Shown piece after piece: positions 19,910 to 29,489 of a stretch of 64,000 nt of DNA. The DNA is from Roseibacillus sp. (GTDB taxonomy: Bacteria; Verrucomicrobiota; Verrucomicrobiia; Verrucomicrobiales; Akkermansiaceae), in NCBI GenBank assembly GCA_051251855.1, contig JBPOGI010000001.1, positions 32,001 through 96,000 on the forward strand, given 5' to 3'. The translations under genes were made by a program, and so were the position numbers. Numbering within the stretch: position 1 is the first letter of the stretch; each line of letters starts with the position of its first letter. Below the pieces are notes generated by a model. The model was not told the DNA's origin. It worked only from the letters and a program-made list of their open reading frames with translations, and did no database searches.

Positions 19910-21358
19910 ATGAAGTTATTTTTTGCGTTTCTTTTCGCTTTGATGGCCGGTTTGGCGGGGGAAGAGGAGAAGACGAGTCACAACGCCTTGGGGCGCTCCG
20001 AGGAGGCGAGTTATGCGGGGAAAGTGGTGGTAATTAAAGTGGGAGAGAAGGATTTGATCAACAAGCAGGCCTTTAAATTCTTCCGGCGGACTTTGGAACG
20101 AGTGGAAGAGGAAAAGGCGAGAGCGGTCGTTTTTGAGCTCGATACTCCAGGAGGGATGGCCTTCGAGACCACAGACCTGATGATGAAAGATCTTTCGCAG
20201 ATTTCGGTGCCGTCTTATGCCTTTGTAAATGTGGAGGCGAGTTCGGCGGGAGCCTTCATTGCGGTGGCGACCGATACGATTTACATGGCTCCGCTTTCGA
20301 CGATTGGCTCAGCGGCTGTAGTGAATGGCACTGGTGCGGCGATTGAGGATACGATGCGAGCTAAGATTGAGGGGCATCTTGGTTCGGTGGTGCGTAATGT
20401 AGTGGAGGAGAAGGGGCACAATTACGAGGTCGTGGAGGCGATGATGTTGTTAAAGAAAAAGGTGCAGTTTGGTGATATTATTTCTGTGGGGAAGGGTGAG
20501 TTGTTGAATCTAACAGCTTTGGAGGCGACGAGTGACTTTGAAGGGAGGCCTCTCTTGGCGAAGGGAATTGCAGAGTCGATTGAGGATTTGTTGGCGCAAG
20601 AGGGAATCACGGGTGCGGAGGTAGTGGTTGCGGAAATGACAGGTTTTGAGAGGTTTGCCTATTGGATTGGAGCGGCGGGTGGCTTGCTGATTCTTGTCGG
20701 GTTGGGTGCAGGGTATTTGGAAATGAAGACGCCGGGCTTTGGATTGGGTGCTTTGGTGGCGATTATTGCCTTTTCGTTATTCTTCTTTGGAAACTACGTG
20801 GCAGGGAATTTGGCAGGTTATGAGACAGCTGCGATTTTTGTGGTGGGGGTGATCTTCATCTTGCTCGACGTCTTCTTGTTCCCCGGAACTTTTGTAATGG
20901 GAATTACGGGGATCTTCATGGTCTTGGGATCGCTTCTGTTTTCGATGGTGGATCGGTTCACTTGGCAGGATTGGAAGGCGGATGATATTGGGGTGGGAGC
21001 GTGGAATGTATTTTCTGGTCCGGCGACGGCGCTGGCAATTGGTCTTTTGGGGTCAATCGTATTGTTCGCGTTAGTGATGCGGTTTTTACCGAATCTGCCT
21101 TTCTTGGAGCGCTACTTTCTGCCTGCGACGGTTGATGGCGGTTCGGGTGTGCTAAAGGATGAGCCCGAGCATCAGTCGAGAGAAGGATGGACGGGAACTG
21201 CGGAGACGGATTTGCGGCCTTCAGGAAAAGCTACTTTTGACGGGAAGATTGTCGATGTGACTTCGGAGAGTAGCTTCGTGGCGGCGGGGGCGCACCTTCG
21301 GATTGTGAGCGAAGACGGAATGCGGGTAGTGGTGAAGGAGATCGAGGAAGTGACGTAG
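19910..21358 (+). CDS. NfeD-family membrane protein (ClpP-like domain, TM region, OB fold)
   Basis: LDTPGG, ASSAGAFIA, IYMAP..TIGSA, LEMKTPGFG, C-terminal TDLRPSGKA. Confidence 0.9.
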   Translation: MKLFFAFLFALMAGLAGEEEKTSHNALGRSEEASYAGKVVVIKVGEKDLINKQAFKFFRRTLERVEEEKARAVVFELDTPGGMAFETTDLMMKDLSQISVPSYAFVNVEASSAGAFIAVATDTIYMAPLSTIGSAAVVNGTGAAIEDTMRAKIEGHLGSVVRNVVEEKGHNYEVVEAMMLLKKKVQFGDIISVGKGELLNLTALEATSDFEGRPLLAKGIAESIEDLLAQEGITGAEVVVAEMTGFERFAYWIGAAGGLLILVGLGAGYLEMKTPGFGLGALVAIIAFSLFFFGNYVAGNLAGYETAAIFVVGVIFILLDVFLFPGTFVMGITGIFMVLGSLLFSMVDRFTWQDWKADDIGVGAWNVFSGPATALAIGLLGSIVLFALVMRFLPNLPFLERYFLPATVDGGSGVLKDEPEHQSREGWTGTAETDLRPSGKATFDGKIVDVTSESSFVAAGAHLRIVSEDGMRVVVKEIEEVT

Positions 21359-21426
21359 CTTTCTGTTCTTTGACGCAGAGGACGAAGATTTTTTGCGGCT
21401 AGAAGACTTGGCTCTGACTTTGAGTG

Positions 21427-22830
21427 TCAGGGTTTGGGTAGAGCAAGGAAGTTGGCGGCGTTTTGGTAACAGAGGCGGGTAATGAGGGACTCGAGGAGGG
21501 CGGGGTCGTTGGGGATATCTCCGGCTTCGGCCTCGGTGCCTATCAAGTTACAGAGGATACGACGGAAGTACTCGTGGCGTGGATAGGATAGGAAGCTACG
21601 GCTGTCGGTGAGGAAGCCGACGAAGTGCGAGAGCAGTCCCATGGAAGAGACCGCGTCGAGGTGCTCGAGGATGCCTTGTTTGGTGTCGTTGAACCACCAG
21701 GCGGCACCGAGTTGGACTTTGCCGGGGACAGGAGCTTCGCAGAAGGAACCGACGATGTTAGCGAAGAAGGAGTTCTCGCGCGGGTTGAGGGTGTAGAGAA
21801 TCGTTTTAGGGAGCTTTTGCTCGCGGTTGAGGAGATCGAGGAATTCGACGATGCCTCCTTGCGAGTCGTCCCCCATGGTGTCGAAGCCGCTGTCAGGGCC
21901 GAGTTGTTCGAAAAGACGGGTGTTGGGATTTCGCAGGGGATTGAGGTGAAGCTGCATGGTCCAATTGCGTTCTGCATTCCAGCGGGCGGCATTTTGCATG
22001 ATGAGAGCGGTGAAGGCGGCGTGCTCTTTACGAGATGCTGGTTTTCCCGAGAGAGTGTTGGAAAGAATGCGGTCTGCCTCTTTAAGTGTGCAGGGATTGC
22101 CATGAAGAGAGCTTAGGCCGTGGTCTGAGATACGACAGTTGAGATGGTGGAAGTCGTCGTGACGTTCCTTAAGGGCGTCGAGAAGTTGTTGTGTGGTGGT
22201 TACGGTCTTGCCGACGACTTTGTTGAGGTCCTGGAGCCACTCTTGGAAGAAGGCGGGGCGATTGACGGCGAGCGCTTTGTCCGGGCGGAAGGTGGGGTAG
22301 ATTTTGGTGGGGTGGTCGCTGGCGTTGTGAGCGGCGTGATGTTCGAGGGAGTCGTTGGCGTCGTCGGTGGTGCCGACCGCAGCGACATTGAATTTTTTCA
22401 GAAGTCCTTGCGCGGAAAATTCGGGATCCTGGAGGCGTTCGTTGGCGCTGTCCCAAATCTCGTCGGCGGTCTTGGGGGAGAGAAGGGTATCGATGCCGAA
22501 GGCACGGCGGAGTTCGAGATGAGTCCAGTCGTAGAGAGGGTTGCGCAGGGTGTTGGGGACGGTGGCGGCCCAGGCGTCGAACTTTTCGCGGTCGCTGGCG
22601 TTGCCGGTGATGTGGCTCTCCGGGATACCGTTGGCCCGCATCGCGCGCCACTTATAGTGGTCGTGCTTGAGCCAAATTTCGGTGATGTTTTCCCAGCGAT
22701 GGTTGAGGTGTATCTCGTTGGGGGGGAGATGAGTATGATAGTCGAGGATGGGCTGTTTAGCGGCGATGTTATGGTAAAGATCGCGTGCGGTTTCGTTGCT
22801 GAGGAGAAAATTGTCGTCGAGATAAGGCAT
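21427..22830 (-). CDS. uxaC: glucuronate (uronate) isomerase
   Basis: PILDYHTHL, DHYKWRAMRANG, NPLYDWTHLEL, GAAWWFND, LTDSRSFLSYPRHEYFRR; start at MPYLDDNF. Confidence 0.96.
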   Translation of the reverse strand: MPYLDDNFLLSNETARDLYHNIAAKQPILDYHTHLPPNEIHLNHRWENITEIWLKHDHYKWRAMRANGIPESHITGNASDREKFDAWAATVPNTLRNPLYDWTHLELRRAFGIDTLLSPKTADEIWDSANERLQDPEFSAQGLLKKFNVAAVGTTDDANDSLEHHAAHNASDHPTKIYPTFRPDKALAVNRPAFFQEWLQDLNKVVGKTVTTTQQLLDALKERHDDFHHLNCRISDHGLSSLHGNPCTLKEADRILSNTLSGKPASRKEHAAFTALIMQNAARWNAERNWTMQLHLNPLRNPNTRLFEQLGPDSGFDTMGDDSQGGIVEFLDLLNREQKLPKTILYTLNPRENSFFANIVGSFCEAPVPGKVQLGAAWWFNDTKQGILEHLDAVSSMGLLSHFVGFLTDSRSFLSYPRHEYFRRILCNLIGTEAEAGDIPNDPALLESLITRLCYQNAANFLALPKP

Positions 22831-23009
22831 GACGTGGGAGAGAAGAAGGTTTTGAGAAGGGAGTGACAAGTTTTTGCAGGAAAAAAGGCCAGATTGACCC
22901 GACAAAAGGTCTTTAAGATGTGACATTTTGTCTGCTGCTAGTCACCGGTTTGGTCGAGATATGACGAATGAGGCTTCATAATCGTGATAGAATCGTTCTT
23001 TTTGTCAGT

Positions 23010-23028
23010 AATTAGAATAATTCTAATT
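23010..23028. promoter_or_regulatory. 9-1-9 palindrome resembling a Fur-family (PerR/Irr) box
   Basis: AATTAGAAT-A-ATTCTAATT, a perfect dyad upstream of the sigma gene. Confidence 0.6.
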
Positions 23029-23168
23029 CCAAACTTGAACTTGGAATGAGAATTGCAAGAATAGGCCCAACAAAAAAACGATTTGTCATCAAATCAGGGA
23101 ATAAAAGGCATTCGATAAGAGTCCAATCCCATATGAACGATGGCATTTTTCAGAGAAAAAAAGATCTT

Positions 23169-24011
23169 ATGTCTAATTACGATTCCGATAGCAGCCTCCG
23201 CGTTTACATGCGGGAGATTTCGAAGACGCCCCTTTTAACCCCTGCAGAAGAGGTTGAATTGGCCGAACGCATTAAGAACGGCGACAAAGCAGCCCGCACT
23301 CACATGATCAAAGCAAACCTCCGATTGGTGGTGAAGATTGCGCAGGATTATTCGGGTTATGGACTTCCGCTCTCCGACCTTATTTCCGAAGGAAATATTG
23401 GTCTCATGAAAGCAGTGGAGCGTTTCGACCCGAACAAAGGTGGCAAATTAAGTACTTACGGTTCGTGGTGGATCAAGCAGTCCATTAAGCGGGCTTTGGC
23501 AAACCAGAGTAAGACGATTCGTCTCCCGGTCCATATGGTGGACAAGATTGCTCGTATGCGCCGGATTTCTTCCATGCTTGCTGAGTCTCTTGGCCGCGAG
23601 CCTACCGATGAGGAATTGGGGGAAGAGTTGGGCTTGCCCGCTCGCAAGTTGGCAATGCTCAAGCGAGCTTCTCAGCGCCCGACCTCTCTTGATGAGCCCT
23701 TTGGCGACGAAGATAGCGGCAGCTACAGTGAGGTGATTGGTGACGAAAAAGCGGTGAGTCCCTTCGATGCTCTTGCTGATAAGAACATGCACGGCCATCT
23801 GGATGACTTGCTGGAAGTTCTGGACGAGCGGGAATCGAAGATTATTGATGCGCGCTTCGGATTGAATGGCCGGACACCGATGACTCTTGAAGAAGTCGGA
23901 CGTGAGTTCGGTGTGACCCGTGAGCGGATTCGCCAGCTGCAGAATGTAGCTCTGGAGAAGATGCGTCGCTCTTTGAGCAAGAAAGAGAATCCTCTTCCCA
24001 AGGCTGTCTAG
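23169..24011 (+). CDS. RpoD/RpoS-like sigma-70 factor lacking region 1.1
   Basis: ANLRLVVKIA, DLISEGNIGLMKAVERFDP, TIRLPVH, TLEEVGREFGVTRERIRQL; start 23169 or 23133. Confidence 0.93.
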   Translation: MSNYDSDSSLRVYMREISKTPLLTPAEEVELAERIKNGDKAARTHMIKANLRLVVKIAQDYSGYGLPLSDLISEGNIGLMKAVERFDPNKGGKLSTYGSWWIKQSIKRALANQSKTIRLPVHMVDKIARMRRISSMLAESLGREPTDEELGEELGLPARKLAMLKRASQRPTSLDEPFGDEDSGSYSEVIGDEKAVSPFDALADKNMHGHLDDLLEVLDERESKIIDARFGLNGRTPMTLEEVGREFGVTRERIRQLQNVALEKMRRSLSKKENPLPKAV

Positions 24012-24038
24012 GGGCTGCCTGAAATCAAACATTTGTAG

Positions 24039-24067
24039 AAAGAGCGGTCTTCGGACCGCTCTTTTTT
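24039..24067 (+). terminator. Rho-independent terminator with cUUCGg loop
   Basis: AAAGAGCGGTC-TTCG-GACCGCTCTTTTTT. Confidence 0.9.
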
Positions 24068-24070
24068 GCT

Positions 24071-24149
24071 TGGAGGGGCGGCTTCTACTGCCGCCCTTAA
24101 TCAATGGCGACGATTTGGTTCACAAGCGGCAATAAAGGCCGTCTTTCCA
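24071..24149. repeat. REP-like inverted doublet (TGGAG-GGCGGC family), degenerate copy
   Basis: TGGAGGGGCGGCTTCTACTGCCGCC...GCGGCAATAAAGGCCGTCTTTCCA. Confidence 0.65.
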
Positions 24150-24154
24150 TAGAG

Positions 24155-25237
24155 TTAGCTCTGAAACTTGGGAAGCTCTGCGTCTAGGGCAACGAAGAGT
24201 TCCTTCATCGTTTCGACGGTTTCGTTGCCCATGTTGGAGATACGGAAGGTGGTGCCTTTGATCTTGCCGTAGCCGCCGTTGATGAGGAAGCCGTGGTTGT
24301 TGCGAACTGCTTTGATCCAACCAGAGAGGTCGAGATTGTCGGGAGTCTTGAAGCAGCCGAGGCTCTTGGACTGGAAACCTTCTGGAGCGAGGTTTTCGAA
24401 GCCGTGTCCGGCGGCCCATTCTTGCAAGAGGGCATTGGTTTCCTCGTGACGTTGGTAGCGGTTGGAAAGTCCTTCGGCGAGCATGTGGTCGACGCGCTCT
24501 TTCAAGGCGTAGATATGGGGAATGGCTGGGGTGGAAGGGGTGTTGTTTTTTTCGTGGTTCTTCTGGAATTCCACGAAATCGAAGTAGTAACCGCGGTCAG
24601 GGGTGGACTTGGCTCGTTCCATGGCGCGCTCGCTGGCGATGAAGAGAGAAAGACCGGGAGGAAGGGCGAGAGCCTTTTGAACTCCGCAAAGAAGGACATC
24701 GATTCCGAGCTCGTCGAAAGGGGTGGGAACGGCGGAAAAGGAAGAGACGGTGTCGACGATGAGAAGGACGTCGTCAAACTCGCGCACGACAGCGGCGATT
24801 TCTTTGAGCGGATTGAGGACGCCGGTGGAGGTCTCGTTATGAACGAGAGTGACGGTGTCGAACCCTCCTTGGGCGAGCTTGGCGCGCACCGCTTCGGGGT
24901 CGATGGGCTGGCCCCACTCGACTTGGATTTTCTCGGCTTCTTTGCCGCAGCTTTGAGCGACGCCATACCACTTGTCGGAGAATGCGCCGCAACAGAGATT
25001 GAGGACCTTCTTTTGGGTGAGGTTGCGCAGGGCGCCTTCCATGATACCCCAAGCAGAGGAGGTGTTAAGAAAGACACCGCGTGAAGTGCCGGCGATTTCT
25101 TGCAGGCCGGGTTGCACAGATGAGTAGAGTTCTTCGAAGTCAGCGCCGCGGTGACCGATGGTCGGTCCGCACATTGCGGCGTAGGTTTCGGGAGCGACAT
25201 CGACAGGTCCGGGTGAGAAAAGCTTTGGTTTGGCCAT
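24155..25237 (-). CDS. class V PLP aminotransferase (alanine-glyoxylate / phosphoserine aminotransferase family)
   Basis: LFSPGPV, VHNETSTGV, VDTVSS, GVQKALALPPG, TPSTPA, FRISNMG. Confidence 0.9.
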   Translation of the reverse strand: MAKPKLFSPGPVDVAPETYAAMCGPTIGHRGADFEELYSSVQPGLQEIAGTSRGVFLNTSSAWGIMEGALRNLTQKKVLNLCCGAFSDKWYGVAQSCGKEAEKIQVEWGQPIDPEAVRAKLAQGGFDTVTLVHNETSTGVLNPLKEIAAVVREFDDVLLIVDTVSSFSAVPTPFDELGIDVLLCGVQKALALPPGLSLFIASERAMERAKSTPDRGYYFDFVEFQKNHEKNNTPSTPAIPHIYALKERVDHMLAEGLSNRYQRHEETNALLQEWAAGHGFENLAPEGFQSKSLGCFKTPDNLDLSGWIKAVRNNHGFLINGGYGKIKGTTFRISNMGNETVETMKELFVALDAELPKFQS

Positions 25238-25314
25238 GCGAGGGCAATGTGAAACATCCCTTGTTTGTGTCGAGCGTTTTTTGGGGGATTCGGAGAGTGG
25301 CTGGGTGCGGGGTG

Positions 25315-25559
25315 GATCTGCGAGGCCTTGAAAAACCGAATGGGCGGGGGGGGAGAGGCGAAAGGATGAGGGGAGATCTGCGAGGCCTTGAAAAACCGAA
25401 TATTCAAAAACTCAAAAACCAAAATCGAGTGTTCGAAAGCTGATTGGTGAAAGGGAAGGTCTCGACGTAACTCGGGGTCAACTCACTTTCGAACTCGGAA
25501 AAAGACCTGCAACCGATCTCCTTTGGTTTTTGAGTTTTTGAATATTCGGTTTTTCAAGG
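25315..25559. repeat. MITE-like element: 38-bp perfect inverted repeats plus 27-bp direct duplication
   Basis: CCTTGAAAAACCGAATATTCAAAAACTCAAAAACCAAA at 25386-25423 is the reverse complement of 25522-25559; GATCTGCGAGGCCTTGAAAAACCGAAT occurs at 25315 and 25375. Confidence 0.75.
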
Positions 25560-25687
25560 TCTCTCGGTCCCACCCTTGTCCAAGGGCACTTCGAAGTCTC
25601 AAGCGAGATCGCTTCGAAGTCCAAAGAGTCGTCTCTGAGGGTTGCATTCCTTTGGCAAGTGGTTCATGCCCTTGGGCCGAAACACTG

Positions 25688-28408
25688 ATGACCCGCCCTG
25701 CTCCTGGACAAAGATGGATGAGTCGCTCGGAACCCAAATTGGGTTTGGGCGTGATTGTGGAAGTAGAAGGAGCCCAAGTGGTGGTCCTTTTTCCTGCTGC
25801 TGAAGAGACACGGCGTTATGCCTTGCAAACGGCGCCTTTGGTAAGGGTGCTTTTTAAAGAGGGTGATGTGGTGCGCGACCAGTTTGAGGGAGATTTCACG
25901 ATTCAGAAGGTGGAGCATACTGAGAAGGGGTTGGTGAATTATCACTGTGTGGATGAGACGGTTTTGGAGGAAATTGATTTGCTCGATACGTTGAGCTTTT
26001 CGTCGCCTGATGATCGGTTGTTGGCGGGAATTTGTGATGACTTTCGGCTCTTTGATTTTCGACAGCGGGCTTTGCGTTGGAACGCGGAGGTTCGGCAGTC
26101 GCCAGCGCGGGGTTTTTCGGGTGGGCGCGTGGATTTGATTCCGCATCAGTTTGCGATTGTGGCGGAGGCGGCTTCGCGTTTGCACCCGCGCTTGTTGCTG
26201 GCGGATGAAGTGGGTTTGGGAAAGACGATTGAGGCGTGTTTAATTTTGCATCACTTGCATCTGACGGGGCGGGCAAATCGGATTTTAATTTTGGTGCCGG
26301 AGGCGCTGGTTCACCAGTGGTTCGTGGAGCTTTATAAGCGCTTTAATATGATGTTTGCGCTCTTTGATGAGGGGCGGGCGGTATCGATTGAAGAAGGGGA
26401 CCCAACGGCGAATCCGTTTCTGGATAGTCAGCTGATTTTGGCTTCGACGGATTTTTTGGCGGAATCTAACAATCGATCGGAGCAGGCGCGAGAGGCGGGT
26501 TTTGATTTGTTGATTGTGGATGAGGCGCATCATTTGGACTGGTCGCCGGAGGGCGCGAGTCCAGCTTATGAAATGGTGGAGGGCTTGGCGGGAGTGGTTC
26601 CGAGTTTGCTCTTGTTGACGGCTACGCCTCAGCAGTTAGGGCCGGAGGGACACTTTGCACGTTTGCGTTTGTTAGACCCGAATCGTTATACGGATCTCAA
26701 GGCCTTCGGCAAGGAGGCTCAATCTTATGAGCCGTTGGCGAAGGTAGTGGAGGCTTTGAGCGAGGGTGGTTTGCCCGTGGCGAAAGATTTGGCGCCGTTT
26801 GTGAAGACCTCGCCAAGGGCGGCGGATCATTTGAAAGCATTGACGAAGGGTGACGAGGAAGCGCGACCGTTGTTGATTTCGGAGTTGGTGGATTCGTTTG
26901 GGACGGGTCGGGTGTTGTTCCGGAATACGCGGGACCGTTTGACGGGCTTTCCGGTTCGTCGCTTGGAACTTTATCCGCTGGGTGAGGGGGAGAAGGCGTC
27001 GGCTTGGTTGGCGGGGTTGCTGAAGAAGTTAGGCGATGAAAAGGTGTTGCTCATTACGCACACCACGGATGCGGCGATTCGGATTCAGGAGAATTTGCTG
27101 GAATTAGTGAATGTGGAAACGGCGCTTTTCCATGAAGAGCTAAGTATTATGGAGCGGGATCGGAATGCGGCGTGGTTCGCGGATCCGGATGGAGCCCGTA
27201 TCTTGATTTGTTCTGAGATTGGAAGTGAGGGGCGGAACTTCCAGTTCGCGCATCACTTGGTGTTGTTTGACTTGCCGCAAAACCCAGAGGTGCTCGAGCA
27301 GCGCATTGGGCGCTTGGACCGGATTGGGCAGACGGAGGATATTTTGATTCACGTGCCTTATGTGAAAGATACCAGTTATGAGTTGTTGACGCGCTGGTTG
27401 GCGGAAGGTTTGGCGGCTTTTGAAAAGCCACTGAAGGGGTCGGCGACTCTGACGGCGGAGCTGATGCCTGAGTTGTTAGAATTCGTTCAGGACCCTCGGC
27501 CGAAAGAGTTTGAGGCCTTTATTAAGAAGACGCAGCAGCGGCGGGATGAGGTTGCTGACGAGTTAGCAAGTGGTCATGATCGATTGCTGGCGTTGGGTGC
27601 ACCGCCGACAGAGCGAGCGGAGGAATTACTGGGTGCGGTGGATGATGCGGATGGTAATCGCCAGTTCGAAAGCTTTTCGCTGCGCTTGTTTGACCACTTG
27701 GGCTTAGATGTCGATGACTTGGCAGAGAGGAATTATCATCTTAAGCGTGGACAGCGATTGAGTGAGACCTTTGCGGATTTGCCGGAGGATGGGCTGGCTG
27801 TGACCTTTGAGCGTTCGGAAGCGTTGTTTCGAGAAGATCTGACCTTTGTGACGGCGGATCACCCGACTTTCCGGACGGCGTTAGATCAGTTTTTGGCCGA
27901 CGATACGGGAAACTCGAGCTTCGCGCATTGGAAGACGGGGCAGGGAAAGGGGATCTATTTGCAATGTAGCTTTATCTTGGAGTGTCTCGCTCCCGAGCGC
28001 CTCCATATTGACCGCTTCTTGGCGCCGACTTTGATAGCGGTGACGGTGGACCATCGTGAGAAAGAGCGAAATGGGGAGGAACTCTTTAAGGATATTCCGT
28101 TGCGTCCGGCCGATCCCCATCGGGTGGTGTCGCAGGAGAGTTTCCGGAAGAATATTTTGCCTGCCCTGATGAAGACGGCTCGTGCCATTGCGGAGAAGAA
28201 GAGCGCGGCACCGTTGGCTGCTTCAAAGGTGAAGGCGACGGAGGCTTTGGATGCCTCGTTAGCCCGGTTGAAGGATTTGGCGAGTAGGAATCCGCAGGTT
28301 TCTCCTGAGGAGATTGCGGAGGTTCAGGAGATGAAGGATGAGATTGCCTTTGCGTTGGGTCACTCGCGGCTGCGGCTCGATAGTGTGCGTTTGGTTTGGC
28401 AGACGTAG
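25688..28408 (+). CDS. rapA: RNA polymerase recycling ATPase RapA (SNF2 family)
   Basis: PGQRWMSRSEPKLGLG N-terminus, LIPHQ, LLADEVGLGKT, DEAHH, SEIGSEGRNFQ, LEQRIGRLDRIGQ, C-terminal LDSVRL. Confidence 0.94.
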   Translation: MTRPAPGQRWMSRSEPKLGLGVIVEVEGAQVVVLFPAAEETRRYALQTAPLVRVLFKEGDVVRDQFEGDFTIQKVEHTEKGLVNYHCVDETVLEEIDLLDTLSFSSPDDRLLAGICDDFRLFDFRQRALRWNAEVRQSPARGFSGGRVDLIPHQFAIVAEAASRLHPRLLLADEVGLGKTIEACLILHHLHLTGRANRILILVPEALVHQWFVELYKRFNMMFALFDEGRAVSIEEGDPTANPFLDSQLILASTDFLAESNNRSEQAREAGFDLLIVDEAHHLDWSPEGASPAYEMVEGLAGVVPSLLLLTATPQQLGPEGHFARLRLLDPNRYTDLKAFGKEAQSYEPLAKVVEALSEGGLPVAKDLAPFVKTSPRAADHLKALTKGDEEARPLLISELVDSFGTGRVLFRNTRDRLTGFPVRRLELYPLGEGEKASAWLAGLLKKLGDEKVLLITHTTDAAIRIQENLLELVNVETALFHEELSIMERDRNAAWFADPDGARILICSEIGSEGRNFQFAHHLVLFDLPQNPEVLEQRIGRLDRIGQTEDILIHVPYVKDTSYELLTRWLAEGLAAFEKPLKGSATLTAELMPELLEFVQDPRPKEFEAFIKKTQQRRDEVADELASGHDRLLALGAPPTERAEELLGAVDDADGNRQFESFSLRLFDHLGLDVDDLAERNYHLKRGQRLSETFADLPEDGLAVTFERSEALFREDLTFVTADHPTFRTALDQFLADDTGNSSFAHWKTGQGKGIYLQCSFILECLAPERLHIDRFLAPTLIAVTVDHREKERNGEELFKDIPLRPADPHRVVSQESFRKNILPALMKTARAIAEKKSAAPLAASKVKATEALDASLARLKDLASRNPQVSPEEIAEVQEMKDEIAFALGHSRLRLDSVRLVWQT

Positions 28409-28487
28409 GAGCGGGATGATACGAAATTTCTTTGAAGACTATTTTCGCGCTTTTCGTCAGAGGCAGGTAATGAGAGGTTCCGCTACG

Positions 28488-29417
28488 ATGCGAGGCGTTA
28501 CAGCACTATTGGGATTGGCGGGGTTGATGAGTATGATGGCGTGCGCGCCGGTACCTGCTGCCTTTCCTCCGACGGTGACTGGAGCTCAAGGTCAAGGTGG
28601 GGTTGCACCGGCTCCGGTTTTTGCTCCACAGGTAGCACCGCCTACGGGTCTTTTGCCGAGTGCGCCTATTCCTCCGATTACGGCGAAAGCAGCGATTGTG
28701 ATGGATGGGGTAACGGGGCGGGTCTTGGCTGCGAAAAATGCGGATGAGCGTCGTGCAGTGGCCTCCACGCAGAAAATTCTGACGGCATTGGTTGCGCTGG
28801 AGAGCGGTCCTTTGAGCGATCCGGTGACGGTGGAGGATTCGGATACGCGGGTGGAGCCTTCGAAGGTCTATATTCGAACTGGTGAGACTTATACGCGGGC
28901 GGCTTTGATCAAGGCGTTGATGGTGAAGAGTGGAAATGATGTTGCGAAGGCGCTGGCGCGTGATGTGGCGGGAAGCGAGGAGGCGTTTATGGCTCAAATG
29001 AATTCGAAGGCGCTGTCTTTGGGGATGAGGAACTCGCGTTTTCTCAATCCGCATGGATTAACGGAAGAGGGTCAGTATTCGACGGCACGCGATATTGGGA
29101 TTTTAGCGAAGGCTGCTTATCAATCTCCTGTAATGCGAGGTTTTATGAGGACGAAGAGTTACACCTTTACGCGTCCGAGTGGTGATACGAAGACGCTGAC
29201 GAATACGAATCAGCTTTTGAGTAAGGTTCCGTATTGCACGGGAATGAAGACGGGAACGACAAAGGCGTCGGGACGTTGTTTGGTTTCAGCGGGAGAGCTC
29301 AATGGGCGGCTAACGATTGTAGTGGTGCTAGGAGCCAGTAGTGAGCCGGCCCTCTATAAAGACTCCGAGGCGCTCCTTAGGTGGAGCTTGGAGAGAGCTG
29401 AGCCGAGCTTGAACTAG
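28488..29417 (+). CDS. D-alanyl-D-alanine carboxypeptidase (peptidase S11), probable lipoprotein
   Basis: ASTQK (SxxK), SGN (SxN), NPHGL, KTG; lipobox-like MMAC. Confidence 0.9.
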   Translation: MRGVTALLGLAGLMSMMACAPVPAAFPPTVTGAQGQGGVAPAPVFAPQVAPPTGLLPSAPIPPITAKAAIVMDGVTGRVLAAKNADERRAVASTQKILTALVALESGPLSDPVTVEDSDTRVEPSKVYIRTGETYTRAALIKALMVKSGNDVAKALARDVAGSEEAFMAQMNSKALSLGMRNSRFLNPHGLTEEGQYSTARDIGILAKAAYQSPVMRGFMRTKSYTFTRPSGDTKTLTNTNQLLSKVPYCTGMKTGTTKASGRCLVSAGELNGRLTIVVVLGASSEPALYKDSEALLRWSLERAEPSLN

Positions 29418-29432
29418 CGATCAGGGGGCCAT

Positions 29433-29469
29433 AAAAAAGCCCTTCGCTTTTTGAGCGAAAGGGCTTTTT
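29433..29469. terminator. bidirectional Rho-independent terminator
   Basis: AAAAAAGCCCTTCGCT...AGCGAAAGGGCTTTTT between convergent genes. Confidence 0.85.
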
Positions 29470-29489
29470 GATAAGAGGTGCTTCTCTTC

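Noticed and set aside
22831..22926. Upstream start extensions in the ORF track (uxaC, purH, ppk2, yegP, DUF502, DUF1365, carboxypeptidase, sulfatase)
   Set aside because: Family similarity or signal peptides begin at downstream starts, and some extensions overlap neighbouring genes.
25315..25401. Two 27-bp direct repeats with a 33-bp spacer, CRISPR-like dimensions
   Set aside because: Only two units, no cas genes, a low-complexity G-rich spacer, and the second unit is part of a larger inverted repeat.
25523..25687. Extended rapA N-terminus and the mirror ORF 24502-25422, both starting MVFEFLNIRFFK
   Set aside because: Both arise from translating the inverted repeat; RapA similarity begins at MTRPAPGQRW.
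25688..28408. SNF2 ATPase as an anti-phage defence helicase
   Set aside because: It has the RapA-specific N- and C-termini and no defence gene neighbours.
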